Source: the human T2T-CHM13v2.0 reference genome, Homo sapiens
Direction: 5' to 3' (one strand)
DNA: 64,000 nt
NCBI RefSeq assembly: GCF_009914755.1
Contig: NC_060928.1
Shown here: positions 1 to 13,900 of the stretch, piece after piece
Numbering within the stretch: the stretch's first letter is position 1
Layout of the letters: the number at the start of each line of letters is the position of its first letter
Notes under the pieces: generated by a model
Told to the model about the DNA's origin: nothing
Databases searched by the model: none
What the model saw: the letters and a program-made list of their open reading frames with translations, nothing else
Position numbers and translations under genes: made by a program

Positions 1-2895
1 TCTTCTGAGTATATACTCAGCAGTGAGATTGCTGGATCATCTGATAGTTCTAATTTTAGTTTTTTGAGGAACCTCCAAAGTGTTCTCCCCATGGATTGTA
101 CCAATTCACATTCCCACCAACAGTGTTTGAGGGTTCCCTTTCCTCCATATCCTTGCCAGAATTTGTTACTGCATGTCTTTTGGATAAAAGCCATTTTGAC
201 TGGGGTGAGATGTAGTTTTGATTTGCTTTTCTCTGATGACCAGTGATGTTGAGCATATTTTCATATGCCTGTTTGGCATTTCTGTGTCTTCTTTTGAGAA
301 TGTCTATTAGATCTTTTGCCTATTTTTTAATTGAATTGTTAGATTTTTTTCCCTGTAGAGTTGTATGAGCTCTTTATATATTCTGGTAACAAATCTCTTG
401 TCAGATGGATAGTTTGCAAATATTTTCCACCATTTTGTGGCGTGTTTGTTGATTGTTTCCTTAGCTGTACAGAAGCTTTTTGACCAGGTGTGATCTCATT
501 TGTCCATTTTTTCTTTGGTTGCCTGTGACTTGGGATATTGCTCAATAAATCTTTGCCCAAACCAATGTCCTAGAGAGTTCCCCTAACATTTCTTTCAGTA
601 GTTTCATTTTGATTTGACTTTTGTATATGGCAAGAAATAGGGGTGTAGAATCATTCTAGACCCCTGAGTATGGTTATCAAGTTTTCTCATTTATTTATGG
701 GACTGTCCTTTCCCCAATGTATGTTTTTGGCACATTTGTCAAAAATGAGTTCACAGTAGATGTGTGGATTTATTTCTGAGTTATCTATGCTGTTGCATTG
801 GTCTATGTCTCAGTTTTTATGCCAGTATCACGCTGGTTTTCATTACTATAGCTTTGTGATATAATTTGAAGTCAGGTAATGTGATTCCTCCAGTTTTGTT
901 CTTTTTGCTCAGGGTGGCTTTGGCTGTTCAGGATCTTTTGTGATTCCATACACATATAAGCATTATTTTTTATATTTCTGCAAAGAATGTTCATTGGTAT
1001 TTTGATAAAGATTGCACTGAATCTGTAAATTGATTTGTGTAGTATGGACATTTTAACAATATTAATTTTTCCAAACCATGAACATGAAATGTCTTTCCAT
1101 TTTTTGGTGCCCTCTTCAATTATTTTGCATCAACTTTTTATGGTTTTCATTGTAGATATCTTTCACTTCCTTCATTAAGTTTATTCCTAGTTATTTTATT
1201 ATATTTGTATCTATTGTAAAATGGGATTACTTTCTTAATTTCTTTTTCATATTGTTTGCAGTTGGCTTATAGAAATGACACTAATTTTATATGTTGATTT
1301 TTCTGTCGTGCAACTTTACTGAATTTGTATCAGTTATAATAGTTTGTTTTGCCGAAGTCTTTAGATTTTTCCGAATATAGATAATCATCTGCAAACAAGG
1401 TAATTTAATTTCTTCCATTCTAATTTGGATGCCTTGCTTCTAATTTTGCTGCTTTCTCTATCTAGGACTTTGAGTACTATGTTGAGTAACAGTGGTGAAA
1501 GTGAGTATACTTGTCTTGTTCTAGATCTTAGAAGAAAGGCTTCCTGTTTATACCTGTTCAGTATTATACTAGCTGTAGATCTGTTGTATATGTAGATCTA
1601 TTGTATTGAGGTGTGTTCCTTCTATCAGTTTTTTTGAGGGTTTTTTATCATGAAGGGAAGCTGAATTTTATCAAATGTTTTTTCAGCATCAATTAAAATG
1701 ATCATATGCTTTTTTTCCTTCATTCTGTTGATAAGATGTATCACATTAATTAATTTGCATGTGTTGAATCATCTTTGCATTCTTTGGATAAATCATATTT
1801 GCTCATGATGAACAGTCTTTTCAATGGGTTGTTGAATTTGGTTTGTTAGCATTTCGTTGAGGATTTTTGCATCAATGTTCATCAGGGATATTGGCCTGTA
1901 AGTTTCTTTTTTTGATGTGTCTTTTTCTGGTTTTGGTTATCAGGGTAATATTGGCCTCCTAGGATGAGTTTGAAAATATTCCCTCCTCTATTTTTCAAAA
2001 TAGTTAGTGTAGGCTGGCATTAGTTCTTCTTTGTCTGGTAGAATTCAGCAGTGAAGCCATTGGGACCTGGGTTTTTCCTTGTTGGGATATTTTCTATTGT
2101 GACTTTTATCTCATTAATAGCTATTGGTCTATTCAGGTTTTGGATTTCTTCATGGTTCAAACCTGGTAGGTTTTATATTTCTAGGAATTCATTTCTTCTA
2201 CATTTTCTAATTAATTTGCATATAGTTGCTGATATTAACTTCTAATGATCATTTGAATTTCTTCAGTAACAATTGTTACTGAGTACTGAGCACACCACAA
2301 TTACAGTGTTAAAATATTTTGAATTTTTTGTGTTCTTACTATTACCAGTGAGTTTTGTATGCTCTGATAATTTCTTAATGCTAATTAACACCCTTCTCTT
2401 TCAGATTGAAAAACTCCTGTTAGCATTTCTTACAGGACAGGTCTGGTATTAATGAAATCTCTCAGCAATTTTTTTCCTCTGGATCTTTGTTTTAGATAAA
2501 AGGTTTTTGCCTTCTGCACATTAAATATGTCATGCCACTCTCTCTTGGCCTATAATGTTCCCACTGAGAAGTCTACTGCCTGCTCTATGGAAGCTCCTTT
2601 TCATATTATTTGCTTATTTTCTCTTGATTCTTCTAGGATCCTTTTTTTATCCTTGACCTTTGGGGGTTTAATTATTAAATTTCTTGAGGTAGTTTTCTTT
2701 GGCTTAAGTCTGATTGGTGTTCTGTAACTTTCTTGTACTTCAATATTGATATCTTTATCTAGGTTTGGGAAGTTCTCTATTATTATCCCTTTGGATGAAC
2801 GTTCTACCCCATCTCTCTCTCTACCTCCTGTTTTAGGCCAAAACTTAGATTTTCACTTTTGTGGTTATCTTCTAGATCTTGTAGGCATAATTTAT
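1..2895 (-). mobile_element. Old L1 (L1MA-like), ORF2 3' region joined by an internal deletion near 2280 to ORF1-side sequence; runs off the window start
   Basis: Antisense L1 ORF2 sequence throughout 1-2270 with broken ORF2-like peptides (56..256, 339..560); L1M ORF1-region-like antisense sequence 2280-2895. Confidence 0.85.
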
Positions 2896-2899
2896 TCTT

Positions 2900-4010
2900 T
2901 ATGGATTAAAGATTTAAATGTAAGACTTCAAACTGTAAGAATTGTAAAAGACAATCTAGGAACACTATTCTGGACATTGGCCTGGGGAAATAATTTATGA
3001 CTAACTCTTCAAAATCAATTGCAACAAAATCAAAATTGACAAGTCGGACCAAATTAAACTAAAGATCTTCTACATAGCAAAAGAAAATATCAATAACCTG
3101 ACAACCTACAGAATTGGAGAAAATATTTGCAAACTATGCATCTGACAAAGGTCAAACATTCAGAATCTATAAGAAACTTAAAAATTCAACAAGCAAAAAA
3201 ACAAATAGCCCCATTAGAAAGCAGGCAAAAGACATGAACAGAAACTTCTCAAAAGAAGATATACAAACTGATTACAAAGATATGAAAAAATGCTCAACAT
3301 CACTAATCATCAGAGAAATGCAATTTAAAACCACAATGTGATGCCATCTCACATCAGTCAAAAGAGCTACTATTGAAACAAAACAAAACAAAACAAAACA
3401 AAAAACCCAGCAGTTGTTGGTGAGGTTGCAGAGAGAAGGGAAAGCTTATACCCTGTTGATAGGAATGTAAATCAGTTAAGCTCCTGGAAAAACAGTTAGG
3501 ATATTTTTTCAAAGACATTAAAACAGAACTACCATTCAATTCAGCATTCCAATTACTATGTATATATCCAAAATAATATAAATTATTTCACTAAAAAGAC
3601 ACATGTTCATCACAGTGGTATTCATACATATGTTCATTGCAGTGGTATTCACAATAGCAAAGACCTGAATCAAGCCTGGTGCCCATCAACGATGATTGGA
3701 ATAATGTAAATGTGGTACATATGCATCATGGAATACTACACAGCCATAGAAAAGAATAAAATCATGTCCTTTGCAGCAACATAGATGGATCTGGAGGCCA
3801 TTATCCTAAACAAGTTAATGGAGGAACAGAAAACCAAATACCACATGTTCTCACTTATAAATGGAGCGGTACATTGGGGAGCAGTGGACATAAAGATGAC
3901 AACAATAGACACTAGGGACTACTAGAGACAGGTGGGAGAAAGAAAGGCAAGGGTTGAAAAGACACCTATTGGGCACTATGTTTACTACTTGGGCAACAGG
4001 ATCATGGGAT
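2900..4010 (+). mobile_element. L1PA15/16- or L1PB-like 3' fragment (end of ORF2 plus partial 3'UTR), no poly(A)
   Basis: Peptides WIKDLNVR and [12 protein letters not shown]...MQFKTTM; 3'UTR-like GGGCACTATGTTTACTACTTGGGCAACAGGATCA. Confidence 0.85.
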
Positions 4011-4500
4011 CTAAAGAAGAAGAAAAGTATGGATTGTGATGGCATAAATGAAAATTTCATAGAAGGTTTAGAAAATAAGTAGAAAAAAAACACCCAGAAA
4101 TAAAAATGTAAAATAAAATAAGAAGCAAAATTAGAGAAAAGGGCATTTCAACAGCAGAGTAACAGAAATTCCAGGAAGAAAGAAAGATAGCATTAAAATA
4201 AAATACAGAGAATGATTAAACAAATAGTTGAAGAAAATTTCCTAGTACTGAAAATATGAAAATTTAGATTGAGAAGTCTCACTGATTGCTAAACACCGTA
4301 AGAACCAAGTACACAGACAGTCAGATCATTATGAAAATTCAGACATGTTGGATAAAGAGAAAATATTAAAAGCCTTCCTCTAAAAATACATAATAATGTT
4401 TCCTTCTCAAGAAGCTATAGGAGTGTATACTCCAACAAAATAAAGGAGAAATCCAAGATGGGAGAAGAACTATAAAAGAGGTGAAAAGAATTCCCAGTGT
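4010..4500 (+). mobile_element. Ancient HAL1/L1ME ORF1-like fragment
   Basis: A-rich degenerate ORF1-type motifs (GAAGAAAATTTCCTAG...TTTAGATTGAGAAG...GATAAAGAGAAAATATTAAAAGC). Confidence 0.55.
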
Positions 4501-7500
4501 GGTAATGAACAGAATACACAGCAGTTATCTTCAATACATGGCCCGCCTTTGTCCCACTTTAGCAACAAATCTCGATGGTAATAGTCCTATGATACATCTA
4601 TAAAAATATTTAGAGGATACTTTTAGTTGCAATTCTACAAAGATTCTTAAAAACAAGACAAATTTCATTCTATTCAATGGGAACTTTACTGTTGAGTATA
4701 CAGTTAAACATAATTGTGAAAATATAATTTATTCTTAGCCAAAAATAACTTTTCTCTTTTGTGCTACTTGGGTGTTATAGCTTTTATATAGGTGACCCCA
4801 CATTATAACAAATCTCCTACTAGATTAAAAAATTAAATGGCTTAAAAACTTTTTATATTTATCATCCACTTCTCACATCTTAGCAGTATCACTGACAACA
4901 TTTTGCATCTGCCTTTCTCAAGGATCTACCTTATTTTAACCCATGACATGGCTAAGCTGTTACTACCTTCTCTGAAAGCTTCCAAAGACTTCATAGTCCG
5001 AGACAGATAAGGTAGTGAAACCTGTAAATATTCATATTCTATAAGAAGTTTTACCGTTAAATGACAGGAACAATATAAATTCATTTAGTAGTTAGTATCT
5101 ACATAAAGTTTTCAATTCAATAGTTGATGAGTACATACCAATGTGTCTGGCACTACTGAAAAACTATCATAGAGTCAAAGCTATGTAAACACCACTTTCA
5201 GACCTCGGTGAATTCCTTTTGGAGATGAAATGCATAAACATGAAAAAGAATGTAAGATATTGTATCTAAATGTGTGGTACAGACTATGGATGAAGCAAGA
5301 GACTAATGGCTGTTAAGAAGCAAGTGACTAATGGCTGTTTCTATAAAAGAGTGATGGCTTTGCCCCTATTACAAAATGATATTGATTTTAGCTGGCAGTA
5401 CAGTTCACAGATTGGAAGTCAGCCAGCAGTTGAACTCATGCAGAGAACCATATGTCAAAACTAGACTTCTGTGCAAGTAATGCGGAGTTTGTCCTTAGTG
5501 AAACCTCTGTCACAGGCAAATACCTTAAAGATAATCCCAGGGTTCAAAAGTCCTTTTAAGTCTTAGTAGATATGAACAAAAAGTTGACAGAAATGAATTT
5601 TGAGTGTCCAACAACATTGTCTTACCAATTTGCCTTGTGAAACGTGATTAGACACTCCAAGTTTCCATAAAATAAACTAAGATGACAAATCTTCTTATAT
5701 AATGAGATTACCTTACTTTTGTTTAAGGAATATATGTTCTGGTGTGTAGAATGTAGAATGATCCTTAGGATAATAAGAAGGTATAATTTTACTTTAGGGG
5801 CTTTTGCTGAATGTCAGCTTATGCATACAGTTTAAAAATTATAAAGAAGAGAAGGAATTTATCCTATCAGTGCGATGGAAAATTCATTGTTAGGGATTTG
5901 GAATTTTAAAAATGTACCTGAAAGATGTTTAATATCCCTAACAACTATTAAGACTTTTATCTGCCCTCAAGGGAAATACTGTAGATTTTCATTCATATTA
6001 AAATGAAATGTAGACATTTAACTGACACTGCCTGAAGTTAACTTTGGTTTCATGACTCTACCAACTTATGTGGTTGGTGTGTTTCTTAGATTCTCCAAAG
6101 CGGATTTCAGAGTACAGTTAATTCACACTCATGCATCTCATCAACAGCAAGTACGTTATATGAGATACCATGGGCTATGGTTGGGCTGGCTGACATTTCT
6201 TCTGAACTTCTCTTGTTTGTTTCTCTCTGAGCTAAGAATATATATAGGAGAAAAATGTTCAATATAAGGAAATACAAGAAAGATGTGTAGATGTAGCAAG
6301 TAACAATTTTCCTTCTACTTCTGTTTACAGAGATTTTTTGAAATGTTTCTTAAAGTGGAAGAAAAATGTCATGTTTTTATTTTACTAGTTCTGTGAAACC
6401 CAAATAAAAACCCTAAGATTCTTGCATTTTTTAAATTAAATTTTCAACCCAGCCTACCAAGTCACTGAAGTGGATTAAATATCATTCCCTCAGTGAATGT
6501 GGAACAGTTGGTATACATTCAGAGGCTTTCTTGGAAGCAGTATAATAAACTGCTTGTAAATGACTTTATAAAGAGTTTAAGACAGTAACACTATGTCTTC
6601 ACTTTTTATTTAACATCATTAGTTTTTATATGTTTAAAATAAATCTCATTTAAAACATTTCCAATGATCTATTTAAATTATTTGAAAGAACATGAAGATA
6701 TAGGGTGTAATGTAATGAGACATTGGAAAATAATTACTAAAATGTGAGAAAGCTAATTCTCTTTTGAATTTATTTGGATTGTAGTTAAGCCACATTCCAA
6801 TATCTTTATGGGAATAGGATACAGTGCAATTGAGAAAGAGGGTAACTTGAATAAAAACAAATTACTTGGGGGCCCTGCATGATCTTTCTTGATCTGCACA
6901 ATCAATGTAACCACATCATCCAACTCAAGAGTGTTTCCCACTGTGCAGAGCTTGTGTGAGGCACTCTCAAAGCATATGGTCAAGAGGTATGATGTCCAGA
7001 GTGAAGCAGTGACCCAGATAGCTACTGGCTTCTGAGAACTCAAAACAAATCCATCACCAGACACTGGGCTTATGGAAATGGTTTTAAAAATACTTGGAAA
7101 AAAGTCACAAGCTGTTCACTGAAAGAGCCCTAAGCACAGTTTGATTTCTATGAGCATTTATGAAAAGTAACAAATGAGAGTTTCAAATGGAGAAGTGTCT
7201 GAATACTTGTTGCTAAGTTAGGAAAAAACTCTCTTACTCTTTATCTAAAATAGTGAAAAAGAACATTTGGAATCATTCCATCATACGACTTTATAAATTT
7301 TGTTTGCCATGTAAAGAAGCTATATTTAATAATAACAATAATACATAGGGAGAAGTGAGGCTTGACTTCTCCATTTTCTATGCTGATGAAATTATTTAAA
7401 AAGATAAACTTCATTTTGAATATGCAACTGATAATTACCAATATGTAAATAAAATGTTCAGGGTGTGATCGATTATAGTTATGCAGGGAGGTTTGCTTTC

Positions 7501-8258
7501 TAGAAAAGGATCTCAAAAGCATGCATTTTTATTATTATCATTAGATAAATATTGTTCATGGTTGAAACAAATCTTATGTTCATTATGATAATCCTTCTTG
7601 AACTCTTCTCCCCCAGGAGTTAGTTTAAATATTTTACCATATTTCATAATTTTGGTTGAACATCTAAGTTTTATTATGCTCACCAATGAGTCCATGAAAT
7701 ATCAGTCCCTGTAATTTCACACATGTTCTAACATGTCATATAGTTAATTGCTTATTTCTGAAAAAAAAAATTATCTTGGAGCCTTCCAAGTTGCTGCTCA
7801 CTCTGAAACATTTTACTCTATACAGCCTTTGTTTGGGGCATCTAACTTTCTACTTTGAAGAGAGCTTGTTACTTTCCTTATCTCATTTTTTCTGGAGACT
7901 GTCCTCTACTAATGTCCTAAAGAATGTAGATGGGGAGCACAGTTTTAAGGACTTTGAAAATTTGAAAACATCACAATTCTACCTACATCTTTGACTAATG
8001 ACGAAGGTTTGTGTAAAAATTTAAATAGATAATTATTGTTCTTTAAATACTGTAGGAATTTCTCCTTTGTTTACTTAATTCAGGAGTTGCATTAAGAAGC
8101 CTCACGCAATTTTTGTATTCCATTCTTGTATTTCTTGTAGATGACCTATTTATTTACTCTGGAAAGTTTTAGAATACTTTATTTATTGTTGGTGTTCTGA
8201 AATTTCAGAATGTGCTCCAGTATGAAACTTTTTTATTCAGTGGGTTGTGTTCTGAAAA

Positions 8259-8864
8259 TGTTGTGGCTTTTTCATGTTCCCATAGTTCGGCGACGGGGAA
8301 GGAGTGGTGTTCAGTGGCTTTTTCACTCCCATAGTGTAGTGGGTGGGAGAGAGTGTTACAAGTCCTTTTACTCCCACTGCCCGCAGCTCAGTGATCGGGG
8401 GTGTTACAACTCTTTTTGTGCCCACAGTTTGGAGAGTTCCAGATTATCGTCCTGTAACAAAGAGGAATGAGGTTCGTGGACACCAGAGAGTGAGCTAGGA
8501 AGAGTAGAATTCTATTGAGCAATAGAAAGCTCTCAGCACAGAGAGGTAACCCAAAAGCAGTTGCCATTTGTGAGTCTGTCTGAGTCCAGAGTATTTATGG
8601 GCTTAGAATGGGAGAATGCATGCTGATTGGTCCATGGGTAGCCTTGGCAAAAGCACCATTCGATTGGTAAAGGCATCATTCAGAAGAAACCAATCAAGAG
8701 TGAGTGAGTACGGCAGGAATAGAAGATCTTACTCTGTTCATGGACTGTATCCACAACTGGCAGTTTGGTTTTCAGGCTTTAGACTGTCCTTGGCTTAAAG
8801 GTCGGGTTTCACCAGGGACTCATCTTTATCTGCCTAGAAATTTGTCTGTTTCCTGTCACTATCA
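8259..8864 (-). repeat. 3' LTR (MER52-like, ERV1)
   Basis: TG...CA termini; minus strand begins TGATAGTGACAGG immediately after the PPT AGAGAGGAGAT. Confidence 0.85.
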
Positions 8865-8967
8865 ATCTCCTCTCTAAATAGGTACATCTGACTGCCATTA
8901 GGATAGGGACGTGACTGTTCTAACTGCTTCATTATGACAGGAGGCGTTGTTTTTGGGAAAATGGCAG

Positions 8968-9159
8968 TCAGATTTCTCTCACAGGCCTATCTAAGGGTCT
9001 CTGGTAGAGAAAGTCTTTGTGCCGGACTCCCTCCATTTGCATGGCCATTTGGAGTTTGATAGCCCCTAGGTGAGAAGAAATAAATTTTCCAAGGAGGTTA
9101 AGTATGCATGGACCAAATATGAGTACTATACAAAGAGAAGCTAAAAGGGAAAAATCCAT
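8968..9159 (-). pseudogene. env: ERV env transmembrane/cytoplasmic-tail remnant
   Basis: Peptide LIFGPCILNLLGKFISSHLGAIKLQM matches the gamma-type Env TM C-terminal motif (FGPCIxNxL...IKLQM). Confidence 0.85.
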
Positions 9160-9545
9160 GCCAGTGTCAGAGATAACAGAAATAAGAAATAAAATAGACT
9201 AATCATTCTGAAAACAATGTCGTGGCCAGAGCTGTTTCACCCTGGTGAAAGAAATTAAATATTGTAAGGGGGGGGCAGGTAAATTTTAGAATAGAGATAG
9301 CTGTTTAGGGGAGTAGATGATCCCATGGTCATTCAGGGTTAAGGGGTTCTTGGCAAAGACACCTTATGGTGATGAACAGAATGGAGTCAAGAACAGCAAG
9401 TATAGGCCAGACTATAAAGAAGATATCCACGGAAGGTTAATTATTGACACTTATCATTTATGATCTTTAGCTTGATGTGTCTGATTTCTTCACACTGGTG
9501 CTTTGGGTGCTCTGTTTGGTCAACAGAGGTAATTACATCAGTTCC

Positions 9546-10242
9546 TCAGGCCTTTACTGAAGCGTAATGAATCCAATAATCTATTCCAGTGAACTTCACT
9601 GCTGGGGGAGTAGAGAGAAATGCAGTGTAAGATCCCTCCCAATCCAGGCTGAGAGAGAGAGAAAGGGAAGGAATAGCCTTTACCAGTACTAAGCCCTCTG
9701 GGTTGAATAGAGGTGGCCCTAGTTCACAGGGTTGGGCTTCTGACAGTTGTTTTAGTTCCTGTTGGAAATGGTCCAAATAAGTTATATGTTTAATCAAATC
9801 AGAGGTTTCTTAGTCTATCAGAAAATCATTGGTGAGAAAATGCTGTCCATCATCTGAAGGGACTTAAATCCAGCTTTGAAGGTGTGTTTCTAACATGTAG
9901 TAGGGCCACGTGAAGAAGAGTTATCCAGGGGTGATGAATCTCTTGAGACATTTTTGTGAGGTTCCTTTTGATAATTTCATTTGTCTTTTCTACCTTTCCT
10001 GAAGATTATAATCTCCAAGCACAATGAAGATGGTATTGTATGCTTAGTGCCTTTGAAGTCCCCTGGGTGATAGATGCCTTGAATGACAGGTCATTATCTC
10101 TCTAGAGGTACTTAGGGAGTCAAAGCAAGAAATTATCTCATTAATTAATTTTATCACCTCAGAGGCTTTCCTGTCCAACATGGAAATGCTTCCACCCCGT
10201 TAGTGAAGGTATCTTCCCATGCCAGAAGGTACTGGATGCCCC
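9546..10242 (-). pseudogene. pol: ERV pol integrase core/C-terminal remnant (disrupted)
   Basis: Peptide WEGSYTAFLSTPPAVKFTGIDYWIH resembles the integrase GPY/F module (WxGPYxVLLxTPTAVKVxGxxxWIH); degenerate QYLL..DTFT..VEAFP near 10190-10240. Confidence 0.85.
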
Positions 10243-10822
10243 TTATCTTTGTTTCCATAGTTTGGTGAGCTTGAGGGAGTGGCACCCAGTGGCTTTTTCA
10301 CTCCTGTAATTTGGTGAATGGAAGAGAGTGTTACAAGCCCTTTTACTCCCACCACCTGCAGCTAGGTGAGCAGGAGTGTTACAGCTTTTTTCACACTCAC
10401 AGTTCAGAGAGTTCCAGGTTCTTGTCTTGTGACCAAGAAGAATGAGGTATGCGGACACTGGAAAGTGAGAAAGGCAGGGTAGAATTTTATTGAGTGACAG
10501 AAAGCTCTCAGCATGGAGAGGGGACCTGAAAGTGGTTTGCCATCTGTGAGGCTGAGTCTGGGGTTTTTATGGGCTTATAATGGGAGAACGTGGCCGATTG
10601 GTCCGTTTGTGGTCTTGGCAAAAGCACCATTCGATTAGTTAAAAGGCATAATTCAGAAGGAACCAATCGAAAGGGAGTGGGTAAGGTGGGGATGGAAGTT
10701 CTCACTCCAGTCATGGACCATATCCAGAAGTGGCATTTCACTTTTCAGGCTTTAGACTGTCCTTGGCTTAAGGAGTTTGATTTCACTGGGGACCCATCCC
10801 TGTCTGCCTCCTGTCACTATCA
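10243..10822 (-). repeat. 5' LTR (MER52-like), its 3' terminus clipped by the deletion
   Basis: Colinear with 8259-8864 (shared AAAAGCACCATTCGATT and TTTCAGGCTTTAGACTGTCCTTGGCTTAA). Confidence 0.85.
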
Positions 10823-13459
10823 GAGAGTCATGTCTATCTTGATTGGAGAAATGGTCTTTATTTCTTCCTTACAAGTATTTTCTGTTCTTCCTGACTCTGG
10901 GTTAAACCTCCTGGATTGTCCCTCAAATTATATTATTCTTTCTCTTCTATTTTATATACAAATACATGAAATAGTAAATTGTTAGCTTTTCCATCATCTA
11001 TTGCACATTTTATTAAGATTACTATCTTATTTTTTAAACATTTCCAGAAGGTATTATTATGTGAATATTACTTCTTTTAGTATGATTTTGCTTTTTATTT
11101 TAAAGATACAATATCCTGTCTTATCTCTCTTAGGATATTATATATAATATGACATAACATAATATAATGTCATTATATAATATATAATATGTATTTTTGT
11201 TAATATTACTTTTTAAACCTATATTGTCTCTATTTTGCGTTTTTAAAAATTATTGTTTAACTGTTATGCTTTATCTTTTATGCTTAAAAGTTTGGTGATT
11301 TTATTTAAGAGTGACACACTAAAAACTTGATTGGATAGAAGTAGTTTAGATTAGTGATTCCACTATGATGTCAGGAACTTGATTTTTTTCACCCGTCAGT
11401 ATCTATAGAATTCTTTTCTGAAGTGATTCAGTTTTCCAGAAAAGAGTCTCTCAGTTTCCTGCCTAACAAAAAATGTCTGGCAACTGGTGCCCTGAGCCAA
11501 TTCAGGCAAGGGTGACTCTGACTTGTACTTACTGAGGCTATTTTCTCCCTCTCTTCCCTTGCACCGAACCCTGTCCTCTATCCTGGGGTCTCTGTTTATT
11601 CGTAGAAAGTACCTCCCCTTTCAAGGACTGGGCAGAATAGTCACCTGAATTAGTAAGTGGGCAGTGGGAGAGGAGATGGGGATTGTGTAAATATCTAAAT
11701 GTTTGAAACAGACTTTCAAATAATTTGCCTATTTTACCTCCTCATCTTCTCTCTGCCTTTACATCTAACTTGTGCTTCCAATTCTTAAGCCTTTCTAGGG
11801 TTTGGCCAGCAAAAGTGAATTGCCTTTTTTGTTTTGCTTTAGTTTGAATCTCATCTCTGCTAAGTGGTTTAGTTTTCCTTTATGGGCCTTTTAAATCTTT
11901 TTGACTTCCAAGTGGAAGTTTATTTTTTTGAGAATTGGCTGAAATTGATGGTTCCTAGATAAATATAATTGTTCTTTGATGTGAGAAAGTAGAAAGAATA
12001 TTGATAAGTAAACAAGAAACATGCATATTTCCTCTTCAGAAACATTTTGATCCTGATACCATCCTGTAAATTAAGTTGACTTAAAGTTCAACTTACTATT
12101 CTGTTACTTCTTGTAGTTGTAATAGATGTCAAAAGTATTTAATTTTACTTAGCTTAATAGTTTTAGTAGTACCAGAGGAGATTCTGACTACCAAAACATT
12201 ATTTGTTCCTGGAAATAGCATACATGCTTCTACTGTTAAAAATTCTGCCAAGCCTGAGTTGCCTTTCTCTATGGTATTTTAAGTCTGGGCTTATTTTTTG
12301 TTTTCAAGGAGATTATAACTTTCATTTGTTATATGATTATGTAAGTAAAAAGATGTGCTACTCCTAGGAGGTTGGTGTTGCCATTTAAAACTTTAAAATG
12401 AATAATTTTGCTGAGAGTTAAGTTTTAATTTTTCTACATGTGTTAATACATTATGCTTGTCTATTAGAGTCGATTTACATTTTGAGTATAATGTAGAGAA
12501 TTGACTTTTGTATATATTACAAAATATTGTATAGATACATAGTCGGCATATATAATTATGGGGTACATGACATATTTTAATACAGGCACACCATGTGTAA
12601 TAATCACACCAGGGAAATGGGGTACCATCACCTCAAGCACTCATCGTTCCTTGGTGTTACAGCATTCCAGTTGTATTCCCTCAGTTTTTCTGAAACATAC
12701 AAGTTATCATTGTATGTAGTTACCTTGTTGTGTTGTAAAAGAGTAGATCTTGTTCACTGTATTTAGCTATATATTTGAACCCACTAACCATCCTCATTTC
12801 TCTCCTCTTTCCCACTACCCTTCACAACTGCTGATAACCATCCTTCCACTCTCTAGTTTCATGAGATCAATTGTTTTAATTTTTAGGTTCTACAAATGAG
12901 TGAGAACATGTGAAGTTTGTATTTATGTGTCTGGCTTATTTCACTTAACATAATGTCTTCCAGTTCCATCCATGTAGTTGCAAATAAAAGGATCTCATTC
13001 TTTTTTATGACTAAATAGTGCTGCATTGTACATATGTACCACATTTTCTTTATCCATTGTCTGTTGGTGGACACTTAGGTTGATTCCAAACCTTGGCTAT
13101 TCTGAGTGGTGCTGCAATAAACATAGGAGTACAGATATCTCTTTGATATACTGATTTTCCATCTTTTGAGTATATACTAGAATGAGATTGCTGTATCATA
13201 TGGGGGTTCTATTTTTAGTTTTTTGAGAAACCTCCAGACTGTTCTCTACAGTGGTTTTACTAATTTATAATTCCACCAATGGTGTATGAAGGTTCCCTTT
13301 TCTCTACTTTCAACCCAGCATTCATTATGGACTATCTTTTGGATAAAAGCCATTTTAACTAGTGTGATACTATCTCATTGTAGTTTCTATTTACATTTCT
13401 CTGATAATCGGTAATGCTGAACATCTTTTCATATGCCTGTTTGCCATTTTTATATGTTT

Positions 13460-13900
13460 TTTAAAAAATATTTTATTTATTCATTTATTTATTTATTTTA
13501 CTTTATGTTCTGGGATACATATGCCGAATGTGCAGGTTTGTTACATAGGTATACATGTGCCATGGTGGTTTGCTGCATCTATCAACTCATCTAGGTTTTA
13601 AGCCCTGTGTACATTAGGTATTTGTCCTAATGCTCTCCTTCCCCTTCCCCCAACTCCCTGAAAGGCCCCGGTATGTGATGTTCCCTTCCCTGTGTCCATG
13701 TGTTCATGTGTTCTCATTGTTCAACTCCCACTTATGAGTGAGAATATAAGACGTTTGGTTTCCTGTTCCTGTGTTAGTTTGCTGAAGGTGATGGTTTTCA
13801 GCTTCATCCATGTTCTTGCAAAGGACATGAACTCATTCTTTTTTATGGCTGCATAGTATTCCATGGTGTATATGTGCCACATTTTCTTTATTCAGTCTAT
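13460..13900 (-). mobile_element. Nested 5'-truncated L1PA8-like 3' end
   Basis: T-rich tail, L1PA 3'UTR with GGTTTTAAGCCC, degenerate TSD CATTTT(TA)TATGT. Confidence 0.85.

Larger units (their letters stand above)
8259..10822 (-). mobile_element. Internally deleted ERV1 provirus with two MER52-like LTRs
   Basis: Two related ~600-bp direct repeats (8259-8864 and ~10243-10822), both ending CCTGTCACTATCA; polypurine tract on the minus strand at 8865-8875; integrase and env remnants between the repeats. Confidence 0.9.
7770..11850 (-). mobile_element. Ancient HAL1/L1ME-like element interrupted by the ERV1 provirus
   Basis: Degenerate antisense ORF1-type sequence on both sides of the provirus (7770-8258 and 10823-~11850). 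Confidence 0.5.

Noticed and set aside
8968-9159. Syncytin-like functional env gene
   Set aside because: Only the TM tail remains; no furin site, fusion peptide or immunosuppressive domain is visible.
12167-12282. 37-codon open stretch (VPEEILTTKTLFVPGNS...) as a coding exon
   Set aside because: Weak splice signals and no recognisable homology.
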